A stretch of DNA of 64,000 nucleotides from Gordius albopunctatus (lineage: Eukaryota): positions 10,974,001-11,038,000 of the forward strand of contig OZ193909.1 in assembly GCA_964276515.1 (NCBI GenBank), in the 5' to 3' direction. Both the position numbers and the translations under genes were made by a program. The notes beneath the pieces are model-generated. The model had not been told where the DNA came from and searched no databases. It saw only the letters and a program-made list of their open reading frames with translations. This document shows positions 51,801 through 64,000 of the stretch, in pieces (position 1 is the first letter of the stretch; each line of letters opens with the position of its first letter).

Positions 51801-54800
51801 CATGAATTTTAAGTAATTTTAATATGAAGGGCTAAACTATCTAAATTTTGATTCTTTTTATAAAGTGTACATTGTGGAGGATTACACTTTAAAATGAGTT
51901 TTTAGGTGTAGTGGTGGGGAAAACCTTAGGTCAGGTGAACCTCAGGTCATCCTTATGTGAGGTTGTCAATCAACCTCAAACCTAACCTTAACCCATTGAA
52001 GCCTACCGTCGTATATATCATACGCAAATTGTACCTTTTTTAATGAGTAAATTAGGATACTTATTATTATTTATTTATGACAAAACATGTATTATTTGTA
52101 GAGTTGTTATATTGCTAACTTTCTTCAACTCCAGCTACCATCTGCTCGAGTTTCTGCTTGGCCCTCGAGCATTTTTATATGCTACTGCTCTGCCTAGTGC
52201 ACCAAAAGCGAGCACATATTGTGCTAACGCGCATATTAAGCAAACTCTAATTATTTGATAGCTAAGAAATTAATTTACATTACTTGAAAATTATTTTTTC
52301 TATATTCGTTTAAATTATGCCTTCTAAAACATTATCAAAAGACCAGAATTGTAAAAATTTGAAAAAACGTGACAGGTTATTATAAATTACTTATAACTTT
52401 AATTTTTTATAATTATATATTGAAATTGTAATATATTTTGATGTCTAACACCTTAAAGTTATATAATATGATATTTTATACTAGTATTTATAAGTTTTAT
52501 ATATAAATATAATAAACTATGGCAAATTACGTATATAATCTATAAATTTTTACTATCTAATAAATTATCATTTTGTTCGATAGAATTAATGCATGTGTAT
52601 TAAAAATATGCTGCCATCAGAGGGCAAATAATAAAGGGGGGGGCCCAAATCACCCCCCCCCCCCGGTGAGAAAGAAGGTAAAAAAATTGGGAAGGGGGGG
52701 GGGGGCAAATAACCTCCCCCTTGTGATAAATAGGGTAAAAAACAGGGGGGGAGAAATCAACCGGACAAAAAAAGGGAGGGGGGGCGAAGTTCTTAAGTTA
52801 TTTAGAAAATTGTATATCAATTAAAATATTATTTATAAAATGTAAGCGCAAAATAAATTAATATCACAAATTATGAATTTATATTACTGAGAATTTTAGC
52901 AAAAATACTGATCAATTTTGAGTTTTTAACTAGGCACTTTAATAAAATACTGAGCACATTTTACTGAACATTTTTTAATTTATTAGTGTGCATTTAAATA
53001 CCATCCTTTTTTAATTGTGATGTTTTTCGAGATTTAATCACGTCACGTTATATAGATTTAGTAAATAAAATTGCTTAAAAATTTTATCTCGATTGACTTA
53101 AATATGAAGTTTATGCTGCTTAAATGAGGAATTCTTAATTAAGATATAAAAATAGTAAATTTATTTTTGGTGCCGCCAGGCCGTCTTACTATTTATACAA
53201 TCTAAAATACATAAAATTCATACAATTATCTCTCTTTGTCCATATAAGAACTATTAAAAAATACAAGGTGTGTATATCTTAGAATACCATAGATAGGCAG
53301 GGAATTTTAAAAATCTATATATATAAAAATCTAAGTACCGTTTTTTTGTGCGCTAATAACTTTTGAATTTCTCAACCAATTGCCACCAAATTTGGCCAGA
53401 TTATTGCCTTAGCATTGTAGATGGTTTTTAAACACTTTTTATCACACTACGACAGCGGGAACCATGTTTTTTAATTTGGTTGGCGCCATCTAGCGGATTA
53501 TTTATACTGCGTTGTTTGTACTTATTTATCGTTATGGTGCTACTTTTTGCCTTAAACTTTTTTCCATGATTGCTTTGTCATTTGTGTCTCAATTTTTTAC
53601 TCAACTACGCCCGTTTTCTTTACAATATATAAATCTGTAACCAATAAATATTCTAGATACCGTAATACATCACCATATACTTAAATAAATATAACGCGCG
53701 CTTTTAGAAACATTTCCACGTTTGTGATCTGTGACAGAAATCCATATATTTAATACAATTAAAGTAACATTTGCACATTCACACGTTTGTGATCTGTGAC
53801 AGGATAAGGTAAGTTCATCATATTGAAAATCCATATATTTAATATAATTAAATTTTAATGGCAATGCTAATCTTTTTAATATCCCAAAATGAAATAGCCA
53901 TGGCTCTTGCATCTTCCGGAATAGCTGCGACATTGTTGCCTGGTGGTAAAACTGCACATTCTGTTTTAAAATTGCCTTTAAACATTCATTATAGTGAAAC
54001 TCCCATGTGCAACGTTTCACGAGTATCTGGAATGGGTAAAGTATTAGAAAGGTGCAAATTTATCGTGTGGGATGAATGCACAATGGCCCATAAAAAATCT
54101 TTCGAAGCTCTAGATCGTTCTTTGCAAGATTTGCGGCGCGATTCCAGACCTTTTGGTGGCGCATTTTTATTGCTTGCAGGAGATTTTAGGCAAACTTTAC
54201 CAGTGCTTCCTCGATTAACCCCTGCTGACGAGATCAATGCTTGCCTTAAATATTCGATTTTGTGGCCTTATGTCAAAACCTTAAATTTAACTACTAATAT
54301 GCGTGTAATGTTACAAAATGAGCAAGCAGGTGAGTGATTCTCCCATCAATTGCTAGAAATTGGAAACGGAACCGTGCCCGTCGATATAAACTCAGGACGG
54401 ATTTCATTTCCTACTAACTTCTGCCATTTTGTATCGTCCAAAACAGCTTTGGTGGAAAACGTTTTTCCAAATATTAACACCCATTATCTAGATCCAATTT
54501 GGCTCCGTCAACGGGCAATTCTCGCCCCAAAGAATAAAAACGTCCACGAACTTAACAATCTCATTCTGTCTACTATTCACAGCAGTCCTGTCACCTACAA
54601 GTCGGTTGAAACTGTTGTTAGTGCTGATGACGCTGTTAATTATCCGCTCGAATTTTCAAATTCGCTAGATCTCCCAGGCATACCACCACACGTTTTGCAT
54701 TTGAAAATTGGCGTGCCGATTATGATGTTGCGCAATGTTAATCAGCCAAAACTTTGCAACGGTACACGTCTTGCTATTAAACACTTAATGTGCAACGTTG

Positions 54801-57800
54801 TTGAGGCAACGATTTTGACAGGACCTTTCACTGGAGAAGATGTCCTCATACCACGGATCCCTTTGATTCCAACAGATTTACCCTTTGAATTCAAAAGATT
54901 GCAATTTCCTTTTAAACTCGCATTTGCTATTACCATTAACAAAGCTCAAGGCCAGTCTCTAAAAATTTGTGGTATAGATTTAGAAACAGATTGTTTTTCA
55001 CATGGACAATTATATGTTGCATGTTCGCGCGTCGACAATCCACTAAATTTCTATATATACACAGAAAATAACATGACCAAAAATATTGTCTATCCCCAAG
55101 CATTATAGCAATTTGTGCCTTTCTAAGACAGAAGTTAAGCTGCGAAGCATCTCTTACCCGAACCTACAACCCTCTTTATAATGCCTCACTACTTTTCTGC
55201 ATGAATAATTAAAGTTAGTGTCATTTCTATTTATCCACTTATAACTTTTAGCAATTACCATCAAAGCCCATTGATTTTATATTTCTTTTAGCATTTCTCC
55301 CCTTTTTATTACGCCAGAGTATTATAACCAAATTTGACGAGACATTCACAAGAAGCTATAATACTGTACGTGTATTACCTTATTCTTCATAAGACATATC
55401 ATTGATTTACCCTTTATCCATCAACTTTCCCTTGCAGGTTTTATTTTACTATTTACATCATTTTTTACATTTTACTTTCAGCCAAAATCTTCATATAGCT
55501 CTTTATTACCCATACATGATTATAAGCTTTTTATATTTTAATGCTTATATACTCTTATGAATTATTAATAAATATTTTATATCGCTCTTAAATGAATATT
55601 ATGGATATTTATTGGCATTAGCATTCGGACCTTTCACGTTATAAATTATTTCATATATGACCCCATTTTAGATAAGTCTTATTAATAGGTTATACTTATT
55701 TAACCACTTAAGGACTGAGCCAAAGCAACGCTTGGCCGGGCACAGCTAGTGTTTTATAAAAATATAATACAATGTAGATGGCAGCATATTTTTAATACAC
55801 ATCATTAATTCTATCAAACAAAATGATAATTTATTAGAGAGTAAAAATTTATATTTTATATACGTAATTTGCTATTAAAATAAATTTATTTGAACTATTT
55901 TTAATATATATACTTAATAAATTTTTTTTGTTAGAGGCTATAATTTAGTCTTAAAATTAAGATATAAAAAATGAAGCATACTTGTTAAAACCTCGAGATA
56001 ACCTCAAGGTGGACCTGAGGTTTTTAGGTTTTTTTATATGAAAAACCTTGAGGTTAAGGTTTATAAAACCTCAGGTTTCCCCACCACCATTTAGGTGACA
56101 CAATGTATGACAACGTTAATTTATAAGTTTGCCTTTAAATCTTTCATCACGTGGTATGATGATTATCATTTTTCCTTCTTTAACTACTGTTTAGTGTACT
56201 AACTATTCTCATATCAGAGTTACATAATAAAGCATTCTTTAGTTACGTTTATTTTTGATTTTTTGTTGAAATCGATCATAAAAACAACACGCATGTTTCC
56301 CAGGTCATAAAATGAAAGAATTATCGTCGAGCGAATTGTCATTACGTGATATATCCTCATCCCGTCAACAAATGCATAAAAACCAAACAAATCCTGAACG
56401 AACCTTTAATTTTTCCTCGGTAAATTTATCTCTCAGCAGATGTCACCCTTATAGATATAATAATTTTAACTTTGAGTGTGAAAACAGAATTGAAATTTTC
56501 CACAAACATCATCTTTTTGTAGTGCGTTCTAAATTAGAATTGCTTGCAACAAAATTATAGGAGAAGTATTAAAAAAATTGTGGCATTGGGTCTAGTTGTT
56601 GAATAAATATTGTCAAGACGAGTTAATGTATCTAGTGTATCGTTTTGGTTTGTTATTTAATACGAAATTTGAAAATTTATGAAAAAAATTAATTCTTGAT
56701 TACTTACTTTTTTCCTGGTAAAATTAAAATCAGAAGTTTGAAACTTATTTTCTCTTTGCATTGTAATATTAATGTAAATATTAGAATTATATGATTGACG
56801 GAAAAATGAACAAACGTTGTTTAAAGATTGTAATAAGAGATCCTTAATGTTTATATGCAGTATGTATAGTTGAAAAACTTAATTTAAGGAGTTTCCTATA
56901 GTTAACCCGGCTTTAAGAGTTGTGCCATTAGGTCAATAGATGCAACTACCCTCTTACAATTTTTCTACGAACTAAGCTCTAATTTTTAATGGGCAATTAT
57001 AACAAAGTCTAAATTACAAAATTTCTCTATGATTTAATATTTTTCTACAAATTTCACTAGGTTGAAGAAGGGATTGATGAGGAGGCGGATGATGTTTCAA
57101 ATCTATCCTTCCAAAAAGAAGATTTCAAGATTATTTTGGGACAGGAAACATTTCCCCCCGATGTAATAATCGATTCAATCAAAGGTATATTTAGATATGA
57201 TATTTCCATTGCATTTATATATGCCTACAGCGCCTCATGCTGTAAAAAGTGCCGAAGAAAAGGAAAAAATTACAACTCCCCCCGTTTCGCATAACAGAAC
57301 ACAAGAAACTACCCCGAAAATTCTTTCGGACAAAACCAATAAAATATTTATAGAAGGTAAATAGGTCGCTTTACAATACCAACCCTCGAGACTTTGTGTT
57401 TTACTAAATTTTATTTTAATCCATGTTATTTAAAAATTCTCGGAAAAGCATACTTTTTGAATCAATAACAAATGATTTCTTTTGCCGCTATAAATTTTAT
57501 CGGGTTTTAAGGCTATATTATGAATGTTATTAAAGATTAATATAACTTACAAAAAATTGTAAACATAAGTTTTTGTTGTTTTTTAACTACCGTCTTTTGA
57601 GGAAATTTGTAATTAAAATTTGTTATTACTATTTGATGTGAAAATAGGGGACGGGGCTGTCGAATATAGGTTAGCGCTAGCCATTCTTATTGAATTTTAA
57701 TTGATAAAGAAGTAGGGTTATATTTGAAAAACAAAAATTACTTTTAATTTTTAAATTATTTTCATCTGGAAGAGATAGACCAAGATTATACATAAATATA

Positions 57801-60800
57801 ACGCATTTGTTATTTTTATTATTTAAAGAACCAAATTAAATTTACATTTTTCATATTTTTAAGGATAAAATAGGATTTTCCGTTTAAGTCGATAAAACAT
57901 GTAATTTTTGAAGGCAGAGACTATACTGTCCCCTGAAAGGAGATATAACTTGCCTCGACATTAATTTGTAAGATTGTTTTTGACACAATTCGTAAAAAAC
58001 TTTATAGCGACTCAAAAATAAAGTCTGATTAAAAAATAGATATTTTTACCAAAGCGCGGTTATGACTATTTTAGTTGATAAAATGTCGCACTTATTTTTT
58101 ACTGATCATCTCTTGGAAGGAAAGATTTTTAGCGTTTGATATCGCTTTATGGATTAACAGGAAAGCATTTAAAAAAATTGTTTGGAAAAATTCGAATTGG
58201 AGGCTAAATTAAAAAAGAAAATTTTGGGAGCCTAATTTTTGCTGATACGACGACAACACTAAATTGTTTAAACGACTTCGACAAAGCCAAAATCAAATAA
58301 TTTTCGATCGCCATCTTAGATTTAGAATTTCGGTGATGGTGCTGCTTTTTTATATTGTAAAAATTCTCTTAACCTTTTTAGATTATTGGCACTAATATTA
58401 AAAACCGTCCTATAATTATTTTTTTGCAATTCAGCATGCTAAATTATTATTATTTGTCCAAAAATATAGGGGTCGGGGCTAGTGCTAGCAATTCCTCACC
58501 GTATCTTCCTACCTCATAAGGACAACAAATGACATTAATATATATATAACTTATTTTCATGTATGAAGATAAATAAGACTTTTCCCATTGTGTAGAGTCG
58601 ATCTAGTGTTGTAAAAATGGCTGGGTTCCGCCCGGTAGGCCTTTGATTTAGTCCACCAAACATAAACGGACCAACGATTAAGAGTCTCCTTTTTCAGTCG
58701 AGCCACGATGCTTAATGGAAATTTAAGAAACAAGCCATAGCCGTCGTCAACCTTTGGTCTCCTCGGGAAAACCGACGGTTTACCAAACAAAACCCCCACA
58801 CGTTTTTACAACACTAGGTCGATCTCTTATTATGGGTACCTGAATCAGGTTCTCCCTTTTGACCAATTTTATAATCGTATTACGTCTGCATTCCTATGTT
58901 TTCTACAAAAAAATAATTTATTTTATACAAAAATAGTGCAACATTAGCTATTCTATCAATCACTTCCCCGGGGCACTTTTAACATATAGTTTTTTCCCCT
59001 TTTTAAGCAATTTGTGAAAAAGCTATAAATAAATGGTATATATATTCCAACTGAAAATTAGATTTTTCCAGGTTTTTAAACGCGATTTAGATTTTTATAC
59101 CTATTTTAACCCTGGTCTCTTTTAATTTTAATAGGGAATTGAAATGTATGTCAAAAAATAGTTAGCAAAATTTTTTATAATAGCGTCACCCTTAAATGCA
59201 ATGAAAACAACGAACAATCTTTAGGCTAAGCGGTGAAGCGATAATAGAAGCAAATAATGAGAAATTGTCTTAGATAGTGCATAGCCATAACTTTAAACTT
59301 CTACTGGCTTTTTTTGGCTTAAATCCAATATTTTTCCAATAAAACAATATATTATTCTTAGGAAATCGAAGGCATACATTAGCGGACCATGAATTCGTCG
59401 AAAATCCCAATCAGAAAAATTTCTCAACGACCAACATTCCATCCGAAATCAAATCTAATATCTTCCACGATACACTTTCAGCCAAGGTTCCCATATCCAC
59501 TTGGCCTAAAAAACTTACTAACAACGTTTTTCGATACAATTTGAACTCCAAGCAAAAAAATTTGGGCTCCTTTCGTTTTGCTACAAAATGCACTCAAACA
59601 GAATCATATGTAAATGAACGTTTAATCACACCCAAATCGGAAACGGCTCATAATGAAATTAGTTCTCCTTTTAACAAAGATATGACGCAAGACTACATGC
59701 AATTTTTAACCAAAGAAGTAATATTTGAATTTGTTATGATGATTTTAGTTACAGCCTGACTCATTAAATTCTGGTTAAAGGTTCTATAGCTAAATTATAG
59801 AACTGTTTAAAGTTTTTTTTATTAAGTTTATAACTAGAAATCCCTAATTTTTTTAGAACGTCCTGAATTTAGTGATCCTCATGTGTTTAAATTCGCCTTT
59901 GATGCAGAACGCTAGAAATATATAGGTTAGCTCAGCCAATATATTGAATTTTTCTGAGTATCTGATATAAAGCCTTCAAAATGGAATAATATAATTTTAG
60001 ATTCCAATTAGCTAATATTGTATTCATTGATCAAATGCCTCTTAAACTGGGTGTACAGTTATAAAGAAATGAACACTACATACTGCACAAATGTTTGGGG
60101 TTTACATTTATATTTGTACAAAGCTCAAAAATGTGTAAATCTTAAGTTTAGGAGGGTTAGCCGATTAACAAATCTATGGGTTTGTATTATAGTGTGTATG
60201 ATCGTGAGTAATGTCCAGTACGAATCGAATAGTTTTCTTTTATCGTACGCCAAAATAGTTACCCTTGTATTTTACGTCTAAACTCTCCCCTATTATATTT
60301 CTTCGCTTTTTTTGGCTGTTATTAAGATATGAATAATCGAAAACAAATTCTAAAAAATTTAGTTTGAGATTTTTTATAAATTGAAAAGCATTCAGGCCGC
60401 CTAAAATATTTTTTACCCAGGGTAACAATAGAAACTAAATCCCTTTCTCCTCCCATACGCTCCAGCCTCCACTCTTCGTCTTCTATCTTTTGTAGCTCTC
60501 ACGACTTCCTTTATCTTTTATACATGATCTCAAAATAATCCTCCTCGACATAAAAAGATTTAAACATTACTACGAAATGGTTATATTCCTCAAGTGGTTT
60601 GTTAACGTGAATTATTGTCTCTAAGAGATTCCCAGCCACCATAATTATATAGTCAGCCTTTATTTAGTCAATTAATTTATGTAATCACCAACCTACTAAT
60701 TAATGACACTTTGACAACAATAATAGACATAAACTTTCCTTATCCATTTTTTATTATTTTACAATTTTTGTTTGATTTCGGAAAGGATTATTGGTAACAA

Positions 60801-61020
60801 TGTAATTCATTTATTGGGATCAACGTGATTTTACTTTTTGATTTTTATATGTTTGAATTTTTGTAATGAATATGATATTTTTTAGGACTTATTGAAAATA
60901 GTAGCGTCAAACGAGAAGTTTTTGGAAATAAAGGATAAAAAGATATTGGAACTCGAGCAATACATTGATAAATTGTTATTAAAAATTATTACTCGTTCGC
61001 CTAATTTATTAGAATACTAA
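42863..61020 (+). CDS. RAB11FIP: Class I Rab11 family-interacting protein (Rip11-like; C2 domain + FIP-RBD), ~444 aa; exons 42863-42893, 42929-42967, 43004-43106, 43140-43271, 51327-51499, 56304-56419, 57061-57184, 57231-57356, 59362-59717, 60886-61020
   Basis: N-terminus [64 protein letters not shown] (FIP C2 domain). C-terminus [35 protein letters not shown] (Rab11-binding domain). All GT-AG phases are consistent (1335 nt); middle exons are less certain. Confidence 0.9.
44932..46592 (-). pseudogene. pogo-like transposase copy A (HTH, CENP-B HTH, DDE_1 DD35D, C-terminal PHD-like finger); introns 46310-46273 and 46005-45968
   Basis: [63 protein letters not shown], then [24 protein letters not shown]. 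One-base deletion near 46040 and a frame break at an A-run near 45140. Confidence 0.88.
46782..47042. repeat. Near-perfect central inverted repeat (~115-bp arms, 30-nt spacer)
   Basis: 46782-46897 is the reverse complement of 46928-47042 apart from about one substitution and one homopolymer indel. Confidence 0.93.
47259..48835 (+). pseudogene. pogo-like transposase copy B (same architecture as copy A); introns 47540-47576 and 47785-47825
   Basis: [58 protein letters not shown]. Frameshifts near 47445, 47968 and 48630 and an internal deletion near 47610. Confidence 0.88.
53314..55749 (+). mobile_element. Internally deleted Helitron
   Basis: A|TCTATATATATAAAAAT 5' end; 3' hairpin and CTAG|T; Pif1 helicase remnant inside, no Rep domain seen. 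Confidence 0.9.
53858..55108 (+). pseudogene. Helitron Pif1-like helicase (C-terminal part, one in-frame TGA at 54335-54337)
   Basis: [76 protein letters not shown] and [13 protein letters not shown]. Confidence 0.92.
58604..58816. mobile_element. hAT-type MITE in a Rab11-FIP intron
   Basis: TIRs TAGTGTTGTAAAAA / TTTTTACAACACTA; TSD AGTCGATC/GGTCGATC. Confidence 0.8.
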
Positions 61021-61349
61021 TTTAATGTATAATTTAACTTTTAATATAAATTATTTTATATTGCTCAACCATTAATCTGAACCGAATATTATTATCGCGA
61101 TTTGTGGTTTCAATTTATTATATAACCTATTGATCCACATTTGCTAATAATTATTAAATAAAATACATCTAATTTAATTTTTTTATTATAGTTAAACATT
61201 CTATTTTCATAAGCCTGTCAATTTTGTCGAAGAAATGGTAGTTATGGATACTCTTATTATAACAGATCTATAATTTAGTAAATTTTAAATAAAAATAAAT
61301 TTATACATATAAGATTATGCTATTAGAATAAAAACTACGGCGGTCTCAA

Positions 61350-62590
61350 GTTTTTGTGCAAAAAAGGAGGGTTGACAGGCAGAAACCGGCTGTAGAAATC
61401 CAATCCAAATTCAAGATTGTTTAAGGTGTCCACAAACGACAATTGCGAAAAATACACTAGGGTTACCACCTACCGCGAAGGCGGTTAAGGCATGCATTAA
61501 TTTGGGCACGTTGCCGTGAAAGAGCATTGAGGCCGTCCAAACGCTAAAAAGGATCAATAAATACATCGCCTGCCTAAAAAAGACAAAGTAAAATTAAAAA
61601 AGCTCGGGAGTTAGTACAGGGTTACAAGTTAGTCTACAGTGGGTCGTTAAATCCTAAAAACAGGGTCGGTATCACGCTAAGTGAAACGTGCAGGGATTAG
61701 TGATAAGTCAAGCGTTGTTCAGAAGGTGAATGTAAGTGAAGATTGCAGATTAAGGTTGTCTCCCATGTGCGCGTGTGCTCCCTCCACCCCCCAAATTGGG
61801 TATATGAAGAAAAAATACATATTCTTTAATTCACTGGTAAAGGTGATAAAAGGAATAGGACGGGAAGAAAAGCTTATTCGGGCGGACTTTAACGTTCACA
61901 TACAAAAAGATCGTCTCGGGTATGAAGGAAATCATGGAGGCCATGGGCATAGTTTGAAGAATACGGAAGAAGAGAAACTTCTTTAAGTATCCACAGCATA
62001 CGATATGGCGATCGTTACCACTTATCTTCGAAACCGCGAGGATTTGTGTTCAATATAAATGGAAAGCAATTTAGTCAAATCGACTATAGGCTTACACGAC
62101 GAAAGCGATTATAGAATAATGAATACTAAGTAATACACGGAGAAAAAATACCCAGGCAAAATTTTCTACCTATTATGGATCATGAAAAACTATTTATGGA
62201 GAGAATAAAGGTTTATGAACCTCTAATTCGACACGAATTTCTAACGGATATAGACGAACTATAAGACCATAATAAAGCCTACACACTGGGGGGGGGGGGG
62301 GGGTACCAGAAGTTGTGGCGGAATGTAGACGATGATTGGGACACGCCAGGTTCTAGGAAAGTTTTGAATAAGGAAATATGTTGGTGTGATCAATCGATTA
62401 GGGATTTTATAAAAGGAAAACTATATAAAAGGGGGTCTTACTAAAAAATCGAGTATTATTAAAAATATAGTGTTAATAGAGAGCCATGAATAGGCCCTTG
62501 CATTGGCGAAGAATGCTGCTTACACCTTTAGTGAGAGAGGAGGAATATAATTTATTACACGATAAAAGAACAATGATCCAAAACTTATAA
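61350..62590 (+). mobile_element. Degraded RTE LINE 5' part (related to 32529-34680)
   Basis: 5' UTR similar to the reverse complement of 34590-34650; APE remnants GYKLVYSGSLNPKNRVG, ADFNVHI..GYEGNHGGHG and SQIDY. Confidence 0.75.
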
Positions 62591-64000
62591 AAGAGTGAGT
62601 TTATATAGCGATAGATAAGGATAACATTCAAATGAAAGTTGATTCTGTGTGTGTATTCTTTCTATTTTCACCTTGTACGTATTACAACCAAATCTTTCGA
62701 AGGTAAGTGTAATTTGTTTCCCTACACACCAATATGGCAAACAAGCGATCCTAAAGGGGATTACATGCTTAGGCACAATTAATAAAAATGGAAAATAAGC
62801 GCAAAAATTTTATGTTAAGCATGTCTGATAGATAAGTGGATGGGCGTAGCTAGGATTCGAATTAAAAGAGGGCAAAAATTATTTAGGAAGGGGCAAAATT
62901 TTAATTATAGCCATAATTTGATAAAACCTTTAAAAAAAGGTAGAAGGGGATTATATCCGTATTTTAAGGCAAAGGACCCCTCAGGAGTGTAGCAATTATA
63001 AACTTAAGATTGAAGCCATTACTCCAGAGAACTAATCAGAGCGCAGACTCACACGTCCCTTCACAAATAAAGTTTTTGCTCGCAGTGCGATGCATTAAAT
63101 AATTGCTATATTGTGTGTAGAATATGTTAGTTTGTTCAACGATGTAAGAGATGCCTGGCTTGTTCATCTACCTGTGAGTTGCAACTGATATAGTTAATCA
63201 ATTAAAAATCTACCCCTAGTATAAGCGGTAAATATTGCGAAAGTAACGAACTAATCAGCCTCATCCTGGATCGATAACTAAGTTAACTTCTAGCCACGCG
63301 TGCCTTGAGCCTCACACAAAAATGACCTAAAAGTAAGATAATTGGACAATCATCAAAGGGAACACTAGCCCGGCGTCTCAATTTCTATATGAGAAGGTTT
63401 ATGTAAACGTTCAGGTGCGGTATATTTACAAATAGATTCAACAAAATCATTTATAATTTCAATTATTGTAACAAGTTCGCACTAGTCCACCAAATCAATT
63501 ATGTCTAGGCGAGGACGAAGTAACTTTTAATTTTTAAACAAATTTAAATATTTCAAATAGCTAGTAAGTTCAATCATAAAGGGAGAGCAAGATGTTTTAC
63601 AGCCCCTGATGAGATGCAAAGGCAATTTGAAAAGGCCAAAGTAGCTACAATATCATAACTACATATAGGTATCTATTTAGCGTCAAGATGATGAAGAAGT
63701 CTCTGCCGAAGAAAACAGTGAAAAGTCAAGTGACAGTAACGAGGAGGAAGAAGAAGTTGTGGTATTGATATATTAAAAAAATACTTTTATGCCTTAGACC
63801 AGTAAAATATTTAAAATAATTATTTAAATCAAATTTTTAAATTAACTATAAATTTTTGTCATGTAACATGAATTTGATTATATGTTATTATATATTTGGA
63901 TTTGTTTAATTAATACATTTACTCTAAAGATCAGATCAACTATATATTTTGCTTGAGGAAAACTTAATTTAAGATACTCATAAATCACTGATCTTCATAT

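Larger units (their letters stand above)
51909..56089. mobile_element. hAT-type non-autonomous element hosting a nested Helitron
   Basis: TIRs TAGTGGTGGGGAAAACC / GGTTTCCCCACCACCA; perfect 8-bp TSD TTTAGGTG; AACCTCAGG subterminal motifs. Confidence 0.85.

Noticed and set aside
63600..63640. CTGATGA...GAAA hammerhead-like core
   Set aside because: Stems I-III cannot be formed convincingly; the sequence looks more like decayed coding DNA.
62600..63780. Exon-like, acidic-tail-encoding patches near the window end
   Set aside because: Frames are broken and I cannot assign a family; probably a decayed TE or pseudogene.

Overview
AT-rich eukaryotic (metazoan, probably invertebrate) genomic DNA; no prokaryotic features seen. 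Hand-spliced host genes: 3' end of a GRB2/Drk-like SH3 adaptor (+), a complete SRRM1/SRm160 PWI splicing factor (+, 8 exons, one GC-AG intron), complete COX4 (-, 4 exons), a complete class I Rab11-FIP (C2 + FIP-RBD, +, 10 exons) and an orphan SLC6 pseudo-exon. Many introns are only 33-46 nt. The rest is mostly transposable elements: hAT elements/MITEs with 8-bp TSDs, Helitrons (one with a Pif1 helicase remnant), HINE/DINE-like elements, RTE LINEs, and CRE-like and NeSL/Utopia-like RLE retrotransposons, often nested. The most striking structure is a ~5.4 kb TA-flanked palindromic pogo-like element in Rab11-FIP intron 4 (44061-49506). It carries two divergently transcribed, diverged, intron-containing DD35D transposase-PHD genes joined at a near-perfect central hairpin. 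All calls come from reading the sequence by eye; no searches were run.
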